The notes beneath the pieces are model-generated. The model ran no database searches. It saw only the letters and a list, made by a program, of their open reading frames with translations, and had not been told where the DNA came from. A program made the position numbers and the translations under genes. DNA of 64,000 nt. Origin: an uncultured Candidatus Rokubacteria bacterium (GTDB lineage Bacteria; Methylomirabilota; Methylomirabilia; Rokubacteriales; CSP1-6). The stretch lies in assembly GCA_963747235.1 (NCBI GenBank), contig CAVVEU010000004.1:1-64000 (forward strand). The letters run 5' to 3'. This document shows, in pieces, positions 1-8,549 of the stretch (position 1 is the stretch's first letter; every line of letters starts with the position of its first letter).

Positions 1-377
1 GCCTCGATCTCGATCAGGTAGTCGGGGTGCGACAGCGAGCTGACCTCGACCATCGTCGAGGCCGGCCCGCGCTGGCCGAAGAACTCGTCGCGGACGACGC
101 GGAAGTCCATGCGGCGGCGGACGTCCGTGACATAGGTGGTGATCTTGACCACGTTGTCGAGCGTCCCTCCGGCGTGCTCGACCAGCGCCTTCACCGCGCC
201 GAACACCTGGCGGGCCTGTCCGATGAAGTTGCCGATGTGGTTGACGGTGCCGTCCGAGGCGTAGGGCACCTGGCCGGCGAGAAAGAGGATGGTCTGGGCG
301 CCGGTGACCTTGATGGCCTGGCTGTAGCTCGGCGTGTCGTAGACACCGGGAGCGCAGTATTTCTCGATGGTCGCCAT
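1..377 (-). CDS. RidA/YjgF/YER057c family protein (3' end runs off the window)
   Basis: Not in ORF track. Manual translation MATIEKYCAPGVYDTPSYSQAIKVTGAQTILFLAGQVP...GGTLDNVVKITTYVTD...PASTMVEVSSLSHPDYLIEIEA carries the typical Rid motifs (YSQA, AGQ, VVK, PAST, IEIEA). Confidence 0.9.
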   Translation of the reverse strand, partial: MATIEKYCAPGVYDTPSYSQAIKVTGAQTILFLAGQVPYASDGTVNHIGNFIGQARQVFGAVKALVEHAGGTLDNVVKITTYVTDVRRRMDFRVVRDEFFGQRGPASTMVEVSSLSHPDYLIEIE

Positions 378-412
378 GTCGTCTCCTCGCGCGTTTGCGA
401 TCCAGAAGCCCG

Positions 413-1657
413 TCAGCGCGCCTTGAGACGGGCGCGCGCCTCGTCCAGGTCGGGCACGTTGCTGGACGAGGCGGCCAGCAGCGGCGATTTTGTGACCGCG
501 AGCGCGGCGGCCGCGGCCTCGTTCTCGGTGATCTTCGCCATCACCGCGTCGCGGGCGCGGTTGAAGTACTCGCGGTTGTTGGCCACGAATTCGCGGGACT
601 TGCGCAGGTTCGCCACGTAGCCGTTGATCTCCGGCACCACGTAGCGCGCCACCATGTCCCAGCTCCGCATCGTGTTTTCCGGGTTGGCCCAGTCGTGGAC
701 GAAGCCGACGACGGTGCCGAAGCCGCCGGAGATGTCGAGGACGGACTTGATCCGCTCGACGAGATCGTCCGGGGTGCCGATCGTGGCGACGGCGCCGGGG
801 ACGAACGCGGTCTTGTCCACCGCCTCGTCGGGGGTCTTGAAAGGATGCGCGCCGGGCCGCTGCAGGGTGGCGGTGATGTACTCGTTGTGGTGGCGCAGCA
901 GGCCGTCGCGGGCCTCGGCGCGGGCCCGGTCACGGGTCTCCGCGATGTGCCAGCTCAGCAGCACGCGCCAGTTCTTGCGGTCGACGGTCTGGCCGTGCTT
1001 GGCGGCCGCGGTCTCCGCGAAGCTCCATTGCGTCGGCAGGGCGTTCAGCCCTTCCTCCGACAGCGAGCCGATCGAGATGATGCCGATCCCGTGCTTGCCG
1101 GCCAGCGTCATGCCCGAGGGGCTGATCTGGGAGGCGACCGCGCAGGGCATCTCCTCCTGCAGCGGCAGCAGCTGCAGGGCCGCGTCCTGGAGCGTGAACC
1201 AGTCGGACTTGTAGGTCACGCGCTCGCCGCGGAACAGGCGGCGGATGACGCCGATGGCCTCGTCCTGACGGTCGCGGAGGAGCATGGGATCGATCGCGAG
1301 CGTATGCGCGTCCGACGCCAGCGCCCCCGGCCCGGAGCCGAAGATCGCCCGTCCGCCGGTCATGTAGTCGAGCTGCACCATCCGCTGGGCCACGTTGAAC
1401 GGATGGTGATAGGGAAGCGAGATCACCCCGGTCGCCAGCTTGATGCGCTTCGATCGCTCGGCCGCCGCGGCGAGGAACATCTCGGGCGAGGCGATCATCT
1501 CCCAGCCGCTGGAATGGTGCTCGCCGCACCAGAATTCCTCGTAGCCGAGCTTGTCCAGATGCTCGACCAGGTCGAGATCGCGGCGGAACTGCAGCATCGG
1601 GTGCTCACCAATCGGATGGTGGGGGGCGATGAAGGCGCCGAAGTTCAGACGTGGCAT
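413..1657 (-). CDS. LLM-class flavin-dependent monooxygenase (limonene 1,2-monooxygenase-like)
   Basis: FGAFIAPHH, WCGEHHSSGWE, IKLATGVISLPYHHP, GSGPGALASDA motifs. Confidence 0.9.
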   Translation of the reverse strand: MPRLNFGAFIAPHHPIGEHPMLQFRRDLDLVEHLDKLGYEEFWCGEHHSSGWEMIASPEMFLAAAAERSKRIKLATGVISLPYHHPFNVAQRMVQLDYMTGGRAIFGSGPGALASDAHTLAIDPMLLRDRQDEAIGVIRRLFRGERVTYKSDWFTLQDAALQLLPLQEEMPCAVASQISPSGMTLAGKHGIGIISIGSLSEEGLNALPTQWSFAETAAAKHGQTVDRKNWRVLLSWHIAETRDRARAEARDGLLRHHNEYITATLQRPGAHPFKTPDEAVDKTAFVPGAVATIGTPDDLVERIKSVLDISGGFGTVVGFVHDWANPENTMRSWDMVARYVVPEINGYVANLRKSREFVANNREYFNRARDAVMAKITENEAAAAALAVTKSPLLAASSSNVPDLDEARARLKAR

Positions 1658-1893
1658 GAACAGATCTCCTGGTTGGTGATGATGACCGAGTCAGCTGCTC
1701 CCGTTCCCCCCCAACGTTACCATCGCTTGAGGTGGCCGGGCCATGCCGTCGTGGCCGCCAGATCGGCGGTCTGGACCCGGCGAGGGCCAGGCGGACCAGC
1801 TCCGCGAGCCGCAAGCGGCCCGGACAGCCGGCGGATACCTGGTATGCTAAGGACGCCGAGTCGACGCTTCCATTGCCTTGAATACCGAAGGAA

Positions 1894-2373
1894 ATGAACA
1901 AGAAAATGACCGGCCGACTCTACCGGGCGTGTCTCCTCGTGGTGGCGATAGTCCTGGCGGGGGTGGCGGCCGGTTGCGCCCATCGGCTCGTCGCGCCGAT
2001 GCAAGCCGAGGGCGTCATGCAGCGGATTCGGGATGGGGATCGCGATCCGATCGCGTATCTGTGGCAGACAATGTCCGATGGCCAGCTCCAGATCGGCAAG
2101 CCGAATCGTCCCCCCACGTTCGTCTGGAGAATGCCGGTGACGGAGCGGAGGCACGACCAGTTCGGCGTGCGGACGGACAACTGCACCAATATGGTGGTGG
2201 CGACCGCGGCCCCGGCGGGTATCAACCTGAGCCATCGGATTCGGCTCACCTTGCCGCCGGAGACGACGTTGTGGGATCGGACCCTGCGGGTCTGGACGGA
2301 TCCACAATGCCGGGTACTGGAGTTCAGCACGCCCGAGGTTTGGAGGTGGATCTGCGCCAGCTTGCCCGGGTAG
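1894..2373 (+). CDS. hypothetical lipoprotein
   Basis: Hydrophobic signal ending in a lipobox-like VAAGC; no recognisable domain. Confidence 0.55.
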   Translation: MNKKMTGRLYRACLLVVAIVLAGVAAGCAHRLVAPMQAEGVMQRIRDGDRDPIAYLWQTMSDGQLQIGKPNRPPTFVWRMPVTERRHDQFGVRTDNCTNMVVATAAPAGINLSHRIRLTLPPETTLWDRTLRVWTDPQCRVLEFSTPEVWRWICASLPG

Positions 2374-2460
2374 GGATCGGGAGTGACGCCACCGAGTGGT
2401 ACCTGGCATTGAAGCCCTGACGATGCGCATTCCTGCGGGGGGTCCGTGATGAGACCTGTG

Positions 2461-3432
2461 ATGGATCGGCGAGCGTTCATTGCCGGGAGCGTGGGCCTGG
2501 GATTGGCGCCGGGCATGGCCTGGGCGCAGCAACGGAGAATCCCGACAATCGGCGTCCTTCGGCCGGGTACGCCTCCCGATCCACTCATCGAGGCGCTTCT
2601 GCAGGGGTTACGTGATCACGGACATGTGGAGGGCCGGAACATTCGCCTCGAGTACCGCTGGGCGGAGGGCATGCAGGAACGGCTTGGCGCCCTGGCCGCC
2701 GATCTGGTCCGGCTGCCGGTCGACATCATCACCACGTGGAGTACCCCCGCGGCGCTGGCGGCAAAAAGCCTCACGACGGCGATTCCCATCGTATTCGCCG
2801 GGGTCGGCGATCCGGTGCGGACAGGCCTGGTCGCCAGCTTGGCCCGGCCCGGCGCGAATGTGACCGGCGTTTCGACGCTGGCCGAGGAGCTGAGCGGCAA
2901 GCGATTGGAGCTGTTGCGGGAAACCGTGCCCAAGGTCGGCCGCGTCGCGATGGTGTGGAACTCGACAAACCCCAGCATGGTGTTCCGGGCCCGCGAGACG
3001 CAAATGGCGGCCGACAAGCTGGGGGTTGTCATTCAGTCGTTCGGGGTGCACGAGCTGAACGACTTCGATCAGGTCTTCGCCGCGATGACCCGCCAGCATC
3101 CCGACGCGGTCCTCACCCTGGTCGATCCGTTCACCACCGCCCATCGCCAGCGCATCGTGGATTTCGCCGCCGCTCAGCGCATGGTGGCGGTCTATGAGGT
3201 CAGGCAGTTCGTCGAGGCCGGTGGCCTGATGAGCTACGGGCCGAGTCTCTCGGCATTACAGCAGCGCGTCGCGTTGTTCATCGACAAGATTCTCAGGGGT
3301 GCGAAGCCCGCCGATCTTCCCGTCGAGCAGCCGACGAAATTCGAGCTGGTCATCAACCTCAAGACCGCGAAGACCCTGGGCCTGACGATCCCGCAGTCGG
3401 TCCTGCAACGAGCGGATCAGGTGATCGAGTAG
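2461..3432 (+). CDS. ABC transporter substrate-binding protein (ABC_sub_bind type), orphan
   Basis: MDRRAFI signal; GDPV..GLVASLARPGANVTG; KRLELLRE; GAKPADLPVEQPTKFELVINLKTAKTLGLTIP. Confidence 0.93.
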   Translation: MDRRAFIAGSVGLGLAPGMAWAQQRRIPTIGVLRPGTPPDPLIEALLQGLRDHGHVEGRNIRLEYRWAEGMQERLGALAADLVRLPVDIITTWSTPAALAAKSLTTAIPIVFAGVGDPVRTGLVASLARPGANVTGVSTLAEELSGKRLELLRETVPKVGRVAMVWNSTNPSMVFRARETQMAADKLGVVIQSFGVHELNDFDQVFAAMTRQHPDAVLTLVDPFTTAHRQRIVDFAAAQRMVAVYEVRQFVEAGGLMSYGPSLSALQQRVALFIDKILRGAKPADLPVEQPTKFELVINLKTAKTLGLTIPQSVLQRADQVIE

Positions 3433-3448
3433 AGGCGAGGAGGCGGCA

Positions 3449-3772
3449 ACGTCCATCCTGGGTCGCGTCTCTCTTGTACTGCTGATTAGCGTCGTCGCGA
3501 ATGGCTGCGCCGGCCGCGCCAGACCTGAGCCGCCGGGCGGGCAGGCCGGATCTCGCACGTCGCCACGATCCGATCGTCTGCGAGACGGCGTTCCGCGAAG
3601 CGCGCCGATCGCCGAGACGCCCACCCCGGCCCGCGCGCCTGAACCGGTTCGGACGCAAGAACCGGTACGGATTCAAGAGCCGCCTCGGCCTCCCGAAGCC
3701 GTGCCGGCTCAGGGCGGCGGCGAACCCGATCCGTCGTCCGTCATCGACTGGCTCCTGAAGCAGAGGAGGTAG
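3449..3772 (+). CDS. unannotated Pro-rich lipoprotein-like ORF with non-ATG (ACG) start
   Basis: Open frame after SD GAGGAGG + 5 nt: (T/M)SILGRVSLVLLISVVANGC...EPVRTQEPVRIQEP...DPSSVIDWLLKQRR*. Confidence 0.55.
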   Translation, partial: TSILGRVSLVLLISVVANGCAGRARPEPPGGQAGSRTSPRSDRLRDGVPRSAPIAETPTPARAPEPVRTQEPVRIQEPPRPPEAVPAQGGGEPDPSSVIDWLLKQRR

Positions 3773-3882
3773 TCGCGTCATGAGACGCACGATGCGACCC
3801 TGATGCGACGAGAGGTCCCCGATCCAACATCACGTTCGGGGTCGTCAAGGACCTCAAGGACTACGGCCCGCTGCGGAATGTC

Positions 3883-4155
3883 ATGCCCCGGGACATTCAC
3901 GCGGTCTCGGTCCGACACTACGACGGCTCGTTCAAGGACATCCAGGAAGTCCAGCGGTACCTGACGGCGGTGCTGCGATCGGAGAAGGGAAGCACCACGA
4001 GCTACTGTCCCTGGGCCGAATCGCTTCCGGTCCCGGCGATCGAGGCGACCATCCAGTTCGCGTCGGGCGAGAAGGGCCGGCTCCTCCTCTGGCGCCAGGG
4101 GCGTCTGGTCTACCAGGATCCGGGCCTGAAGTGGTGGTTCGCCCACGGCTGGTAG
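3883..4155 (+). CDS. hypothetical protein, probably a 5'-truncated fragment
   Basis: Protein-like composition; the frame stays open upstream to a TGA at 3781 without a good start. Confidence 0.45.
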   Translation: MPRDIHAVSVRHYDGSFKDIQEVQRYLTAVLRSEKGSTTSYCPWAESLPVPAIEATIQFASGEKGRLLLWRQGRLVYQDPGLKWWFAHGW

Positions 4156-4161
4156 AAGCTA

Positions 4162-4770
4162 TTGAGGATCATTCAGCGCTCCTGGCGGTCGCGCTACTAT
4201 GCGCTCACGCCCAGGGCCACCTACGCCATCGCCGGCCTCGTGGTGTCACAGCATCGCGGCGACGCGCTGCTGAACCTCTACCACCAGACGGATCCCGGCA
4301 ATATCAAGGACGTCTGCGTCGTCTGGGGTGAGGCCATCACGAACGGCTCGTATCGAAAGGTCAAGTTCTGGAGTGGGGAGTTCACCTGCTCCTATCGCTG
4401 GTCGGGGATTCTCACGCCGATGTTCATTCCCGAGAAGGTGTCGATCAATCATCTGATCCCGGCCAGCCGCGCCATCGCGGGACAGATCGATGCGATTCAG
4501 GTCGGGGATCAGATTCGAATGACGGGCCTGCTGGTCGACGACAAGGTGTCAAAGAACGGACACGAGATCTTCACCCGGCGGACCAGTCTGGTCCGGAATG
4601 ATATGGACAATGGCGCGTGCGAGATCCTGTACGTCACATCGCGGTGATCGCGAAGGGCGATCACCTGCGGGCGGACGCGGGACGGTACCTGTGGTGCGCG
4701 AGCCTCGCGTTACTCGGGGCGCTCGGCGTCGTCTGGTTCGTGCGGCGTCCGCTCGCGGAGTGCGCGCGGC
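4162..4770 (+). CDS. conserved-looking hypothetical protein with probable C-terminal TM segment (frameshift near 4640)
   Basis: NHLIP..., GDQIRMTGLLVD, RTSLVRNDMDNGACEILYV; the alternative frame continues with hydrophobic YLWCASLALLGALGVVWF. End position approximate. Confidence 0.55.
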
Positions 4771-5910
4771 TAGGACAGCCCCTTGTTCGGGTTGATCAGA
4801 TACTTTTCGCCGGTGGCCTGCTTGCCATAGACGGCGATCTCCGCGAGCTGGAGCGCGCCGGCGAGGGAGACTTCCTTGGTGTACGTGCTCGCGAACGTGG
4901 TCTTGATCTCGGCCGCGACCCGCTCGCGCAGCTTCTGGGCGGCCTCGAAGCCGATCCTTTGTAGAAATGGGGTGAGCAACCAGCCGCCGATCCCCCAGGC
5001 CATGCCGAAGGCGCGGTTGAACTGGGTCGGCCCGCGATCGAGGCCTCCGTAGATGTAGACCTGCTTGTGCGTGGTGGAGCCGTACCGGCTGTATTCCTTC
5101 GCGGTCCGGTTCAGCGCGATCTCCATGGCGGTGAGGATCTGCCCCGCCAGGGTGCCGCCGCCGATGGCGTCGAAGGCCACCGTGGCCCCGGTGGCGACGA
5201 GCGCCTCGGTCAGGTCGTCCATGAAGGTGGGCGAGCTCGAGTTGCACACGTGGGTGGCGCCGATCTTCTTGAGCACGTCTGCGTGCTCCGGCTTGCGCAC
5301 GATGTTCACCAGGCCGACCTGGTCCTTGAGGCAGATCTTGTTGAGCATCTGCCCGAGGTTCGAGGCGGCCGCGGTGTGCACGAGCGCCTTGTGCCCCTCG
5401 GCGCGCATGGTCGCGACCATGCCGAGGGCGGTCAGTGGGTTGACGAAGCAGGAGGCGCCCTCGGCTGGCGTGGTGCCCGGCGGCAAGACGAGGCACTGCA
5501 CGGCCTTGATGCAGCGGTACTGCGCGTACATGGCGCCGCCGAGGATGGCGACGGTCTTGCCCAGCAGCGCCTGCGCGGCCGGAGCGGCCCCGGCCTGGAC
5601 GACCACGCCGGCGCCTTCGTTGCCGACGGGCAGGGATTGGTCGAGCCGCCCGGCCATCGCCTTCATCGCGGCGGACGCGATGCTCGCGGTCACCACGGGC
5701 TGGTCGGCCGTGCCGGAGGCCTTGGCCTTCGTCATGTCGGCGCCGCCGAACAGCAGACCCTGGTCGGAAGGGTTGATGGGGGCGGCGTCGATGCGGACGA
5801 TCACCTCCTCCGGCTTCGGCTCAGGGGTGGCCACGCCGACGAGCGAGAGCTCGAGGGTCCCGTCTTTCTTCACCGTGGAACGAAGCTGAAGTCCCGTGTG
5901 TGTTTGCCAT
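4770..5910 (-). CDS. zinc-binding dehydrogenase / NADPH:quinone reductase-like MDR family protein (frameshift near 5895)
   Basis: AAPINPSD, VGNEGAG, FVNPLTALGM, HTAAASNLGQML; the real start MANT..GLQLRSTVKK is offset by one base. Confidence 0.88.
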
Positions 5911-5955
5911 GGGTCGCCTCCCGTGTGTCGCCTTCGATGTCCTGCGATTGGCCTA

Positions 5956-6837
5956 TCAGGCCAGGTTCTTCTTGAAGAAGGCGATGGTGCGGTCCCACGC
6001 CAGTTTCGCCGACGCTTCGTGGTAGCGCGGCGTCGAGTTGTTGTGGAAGCCGTGCTGGGTGCCCGGGTAGACGTGCATCTGGTGCGGCACGCCGGCGGCC
6101 TTCAGCGCCGCCTCGAACGCGGGCCACATCTCGTTGATGCGCTGGTCGGTCTCGGCGTACTGGATCAGCAGCGGCGCCTTGATCTTCGGCACTCCGGCGG
6201 TTTCGGCCGCCGCGCCGTAGAACGGCACGCCGGCGTGCAGGTCGCTGCCCATCGTGACCGCGAGGAAATTGACCGCGCCGCCGCCCCAGCAGAAGCCGGT
6301 CGCGCCGAGCTTGCCGCTCGAGAGCTTGTGCGACTTGAGCACGGCCGCGCTGTTGAGCATGTCGGTCCGCAGCTTGACCTGGTCGAGATTGCCCTGCAGC
6401 GCGCGGCCGTCGTCGTCGTTGCCGGGGTAGCCGCCGACCGGGAAGAGGCCGTCGGGCGCGAGCGCCACGAAGCCCTCGACCGCGGCGCGACGCGCCACGT
6501 CCTCGATGTAGGGATTGAGGCCGCGATTCTCGTGGATCACCAGCACCGCCGGGAACGGCCCCGTTCCCGTGGGCTGCACCAGGTACCCGCGCATCTGTCC
6601 CGAGTTGCCGCCGGGCGACGGGTAGGTCACGTACTGCGCCTTGATCCGCGTGTCGGTGAAGGAGATGGTCTGAGCGTCGGCGTAGCGCGGCAGCAGCGCC
6701 TGCGCCATCGCCAGGCCGCCCGCCACCAGCGCGGCCAGCCGCAGGAACTCGCGGCGGTCGATGCGACCGTGGCAGTACTCGTCGTAGAGATCGAACACGC
6801 GCTGGTCGATCTCGAGCTGCGTCACGGTGTCGGTCAT
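5956..6837 (-). CDS. dienelactone hydrolase family protein (YghX-like)
   Basis: FDLYDEYCHG.IDRREF, HENRGLNP, GFCWGG, HGFHN. Confidence 0.92.
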   Translation of the reverse strand: MTDTVTQLEIDQRVFDLYDEYCHGRIDRREFLRLAALVAGGLAMAQALLPRYADAQTISFTDTRIKAQYVTYPSPGGNSGQMRGYLVQPTGTGPFPAVLVIHENRGLNPYIEDVARRAAVEGFVALAPDGLFPVGGYPGNDDDGRALQGNLDQVKLRTDMLNSAAVLKSHKLSSGKLGATGFCWGGGAVNFLAVTMGSDLHAGVPFYGAAAETAGVPKIKAPLLIQYAETDQRINEMWPAFEAALKAAGVPHQMHVYPGTQHGFHNNSTPRYHEASAKLAWDRTIAFFKKNLA

Positions 6838-7007
6838 GGCTGGGCCTCCTCCCGGGGGATTCTAACCGGGAACGGCGTCCCCGGACGGTGCTATCGTGGC
6901 GCGGCAATCGCGGCGACCAGCCCCGAGTCGCGTGACGTCACCGAAATGGTCGTCCCATGGACCAAGGTCCACTATGCCGACCCGACCTGGCCGACTAGGC
7001 TCAGCAG

Positions 7008-7709
7008 GTGATGACAGGCTCAGTCCGTAACCGTCTTCTGGCCGGTCTGTCGCGCAAGGAATACGCGCGGATTCTCCCCGACCTCACGCGCGTCACTTTG
7101 AGCTCCGGCCAGGTGATGTATGAACCCGGGAGCGTCATGTCGATGGCATACTTCCTCGAGACCGCCATCGTCTCGATCCTGTCGGTGGCCGAAGACGGAA
7201 CGTCCATCGAGGTGAGCGTGGTCGGCGATGAAGGTGTGATCGGGATACCCATTGTCTTGCGGTCTCACGGGCTCCCGTACCGGATCGTCGTCCAGGAGCC
7301 TGGTATCGCCTGGAGGATGAAGGCCGATGTGCTCCGAAGGGAGTTCGAGCGATGCGGGCCGCTTCACAAGCTGGTGTTGCACTACGTGCACACCTTGATC
7401 GTGGTCCTGGCTCAGTCGGGCGCCTGTAACCGATTTCACACCATACGGCAACGCTTCTGTCGCTGGGTGCTGACGTCCCAGGATCGTGCGCGATCCAGCG
7501 AGATCAGGTCCACTCAAGAGTTCCTGTCGCAGATGCTGGGCGTGAATCGCGGCAGCGCCAGTCAAGTGGCCAGCGCTTTGCAGAGGGCAGGGCTGATCAG
7601 CTACCGGCGTGGCCGGATCACCATCCTCGATCGTTCGGGTTTGGAAGCGGCCGCCTGTGAGTGTTACCACATCGTCAAGGGCGAGGTCGATCGCTTCTTT
7701 CGCGCCTAG
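7008..7709 (+). CDS. Crp/Fnr family transcriptional regulator
   Basis: NRLLAGL..., VGDEGVIG cNMP domain, ACNRFH..QRFCRW, TQEFLSQMLGVNR HTH, ACECY. Confidence 0.92.
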   Translation: MMTGSVRNRLLAGLSRKEYARILPDLTRVTLSSGQVMYEPGSVMSMAYFLETAIVSILSVAEDGTSIEVSVVGDEGVIGIPIVLRSHGLPYRIVVQEPGIAWRMKADVLRREFERCGPLHKLVLHYVHTLIVVLAQSGACNRFHTIRQRFCRWVLTSQDRARSSEIRSTQEFLSQMLGVNRGSASQVASALQRAGLISYRRGRITILDRSGLEAAACECYHIVKGEVDRFFRA

Positions 7710-7780
7710 CATCCGTCGTACCCCGCCTCCCGCGTCCCGCCGGTAGCTCCCTTCCCTCCGCGGCCCCGATGACCATCGTA

Positions 7781-7796
7781 TGTCGGGTATCCGACA
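7781..7796. promoter_or_regulatory. palindrome TGTCGG-N4-CCGACA, candidate Crp-family operator
   Basis: Perfect 6-4-6 inverted repeat between two Crp genes, about 30 bp upstream of a -10-like TAGAGT (7819-7824). Confidence 0.55.
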
Positions 7797-7879
7797 GACA
7801 TTCGGGGTCTCGTATCCCTAGAGTACTGGCAGCCTGGAATTGGCTGTCACACTCGACGGGAGATTCCGCGGAGGCCGCA

Positions 7880-8527
7880 ATGGACCGCAAGCAGACTCCA
7901 GGGTTCGATGCGAAGGCGTTCCTGACGAGAGCGATGGGCCGACCGGTCTCCACCCGGAAGAAGCAAGTCGTCTTCGCTCAAGGGGATCCCGCGGACGCCG
8001 TCTTTTACATCGAGAGAGGGCAGATCAAGCTGACGGTGGTATCGGAACGGGGGAGAGCTGCGGTGGTAGCGATGCTCGGACCCGGTGACTTCTTTGGCGA
8101 AGGGTGTCTCGCGGGCCAACCCGCTCGTATGGCGACCGCGTCTGCGATGACCGAGGCGTCTCTCGTGCGAATCGGTAGGCTAGCCATGATCGGGCTGCTC
8201 CGCGAGCCGTCGGTATTCACCGAGCGCTTCATGGCGCACCTGTTGGCCCGCCATGTGCGCGTCGAGGAAGACCTGGTGGATCAGCTGTTCAACTCGAGCG
8301 AGAAGCGGTTGGCGCGGGTGCTCTTGTTGCTGGCCCGCCTTGGCAAGGAAGGGAAGACCGAGCCGATCATTCCGAAGGTCAGCCAGGAGGTTCTGGCGGA
8401 GATCGTCGGCACCACTCGGCCGCGTATCAATGAGTTCATGAACAAGTTTCGGAAGCTCGGCTTCATCGACTACAACGGCGGCCTACACGTTCACACGTCG
8501 CTCCTCAATATCCTCCTGCACGGGTAG
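7880..8527 (+). CDS. Crp/Fnr family transcriptional regulator
   Basis: GDFFGEGCLAGQP.R, DQLFNSSEKRLAR, SQEVLAEIVGTTRPRINEFMNKFRKLGFI. Confidence 0.93.
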   Translation: MDRKQTPGFDAKAFLTRAMGRPVSTRKKQVVFAQGDPADAVFYIERGQIKLTVVSERGRAAVVAMLGPGDFFGEGCLAGQPARMATASAMTEASLVRIGRLAMIGLLREPSVFTERFMAHLLARHVRVEEDLVDQLFNSSEKRLARVLLLLARLGKEGKTEPIIPKVSQEVLAEIVGTTRPRINEFMNKFRKLGFIDYNGGLHVHTSLLNILLHG

Positions 8528-8549
8528 GCGCGGCCCATCTCTCCCGGGC

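Noticed and set aside
3256-3624. Antisense ORF LLDHLIRSLQDRLRDRQAQGLRGLEVDDQLE
   Set aside because: Shadow frame of the conserved 3' end of the ABC substrate-binding protein gene.
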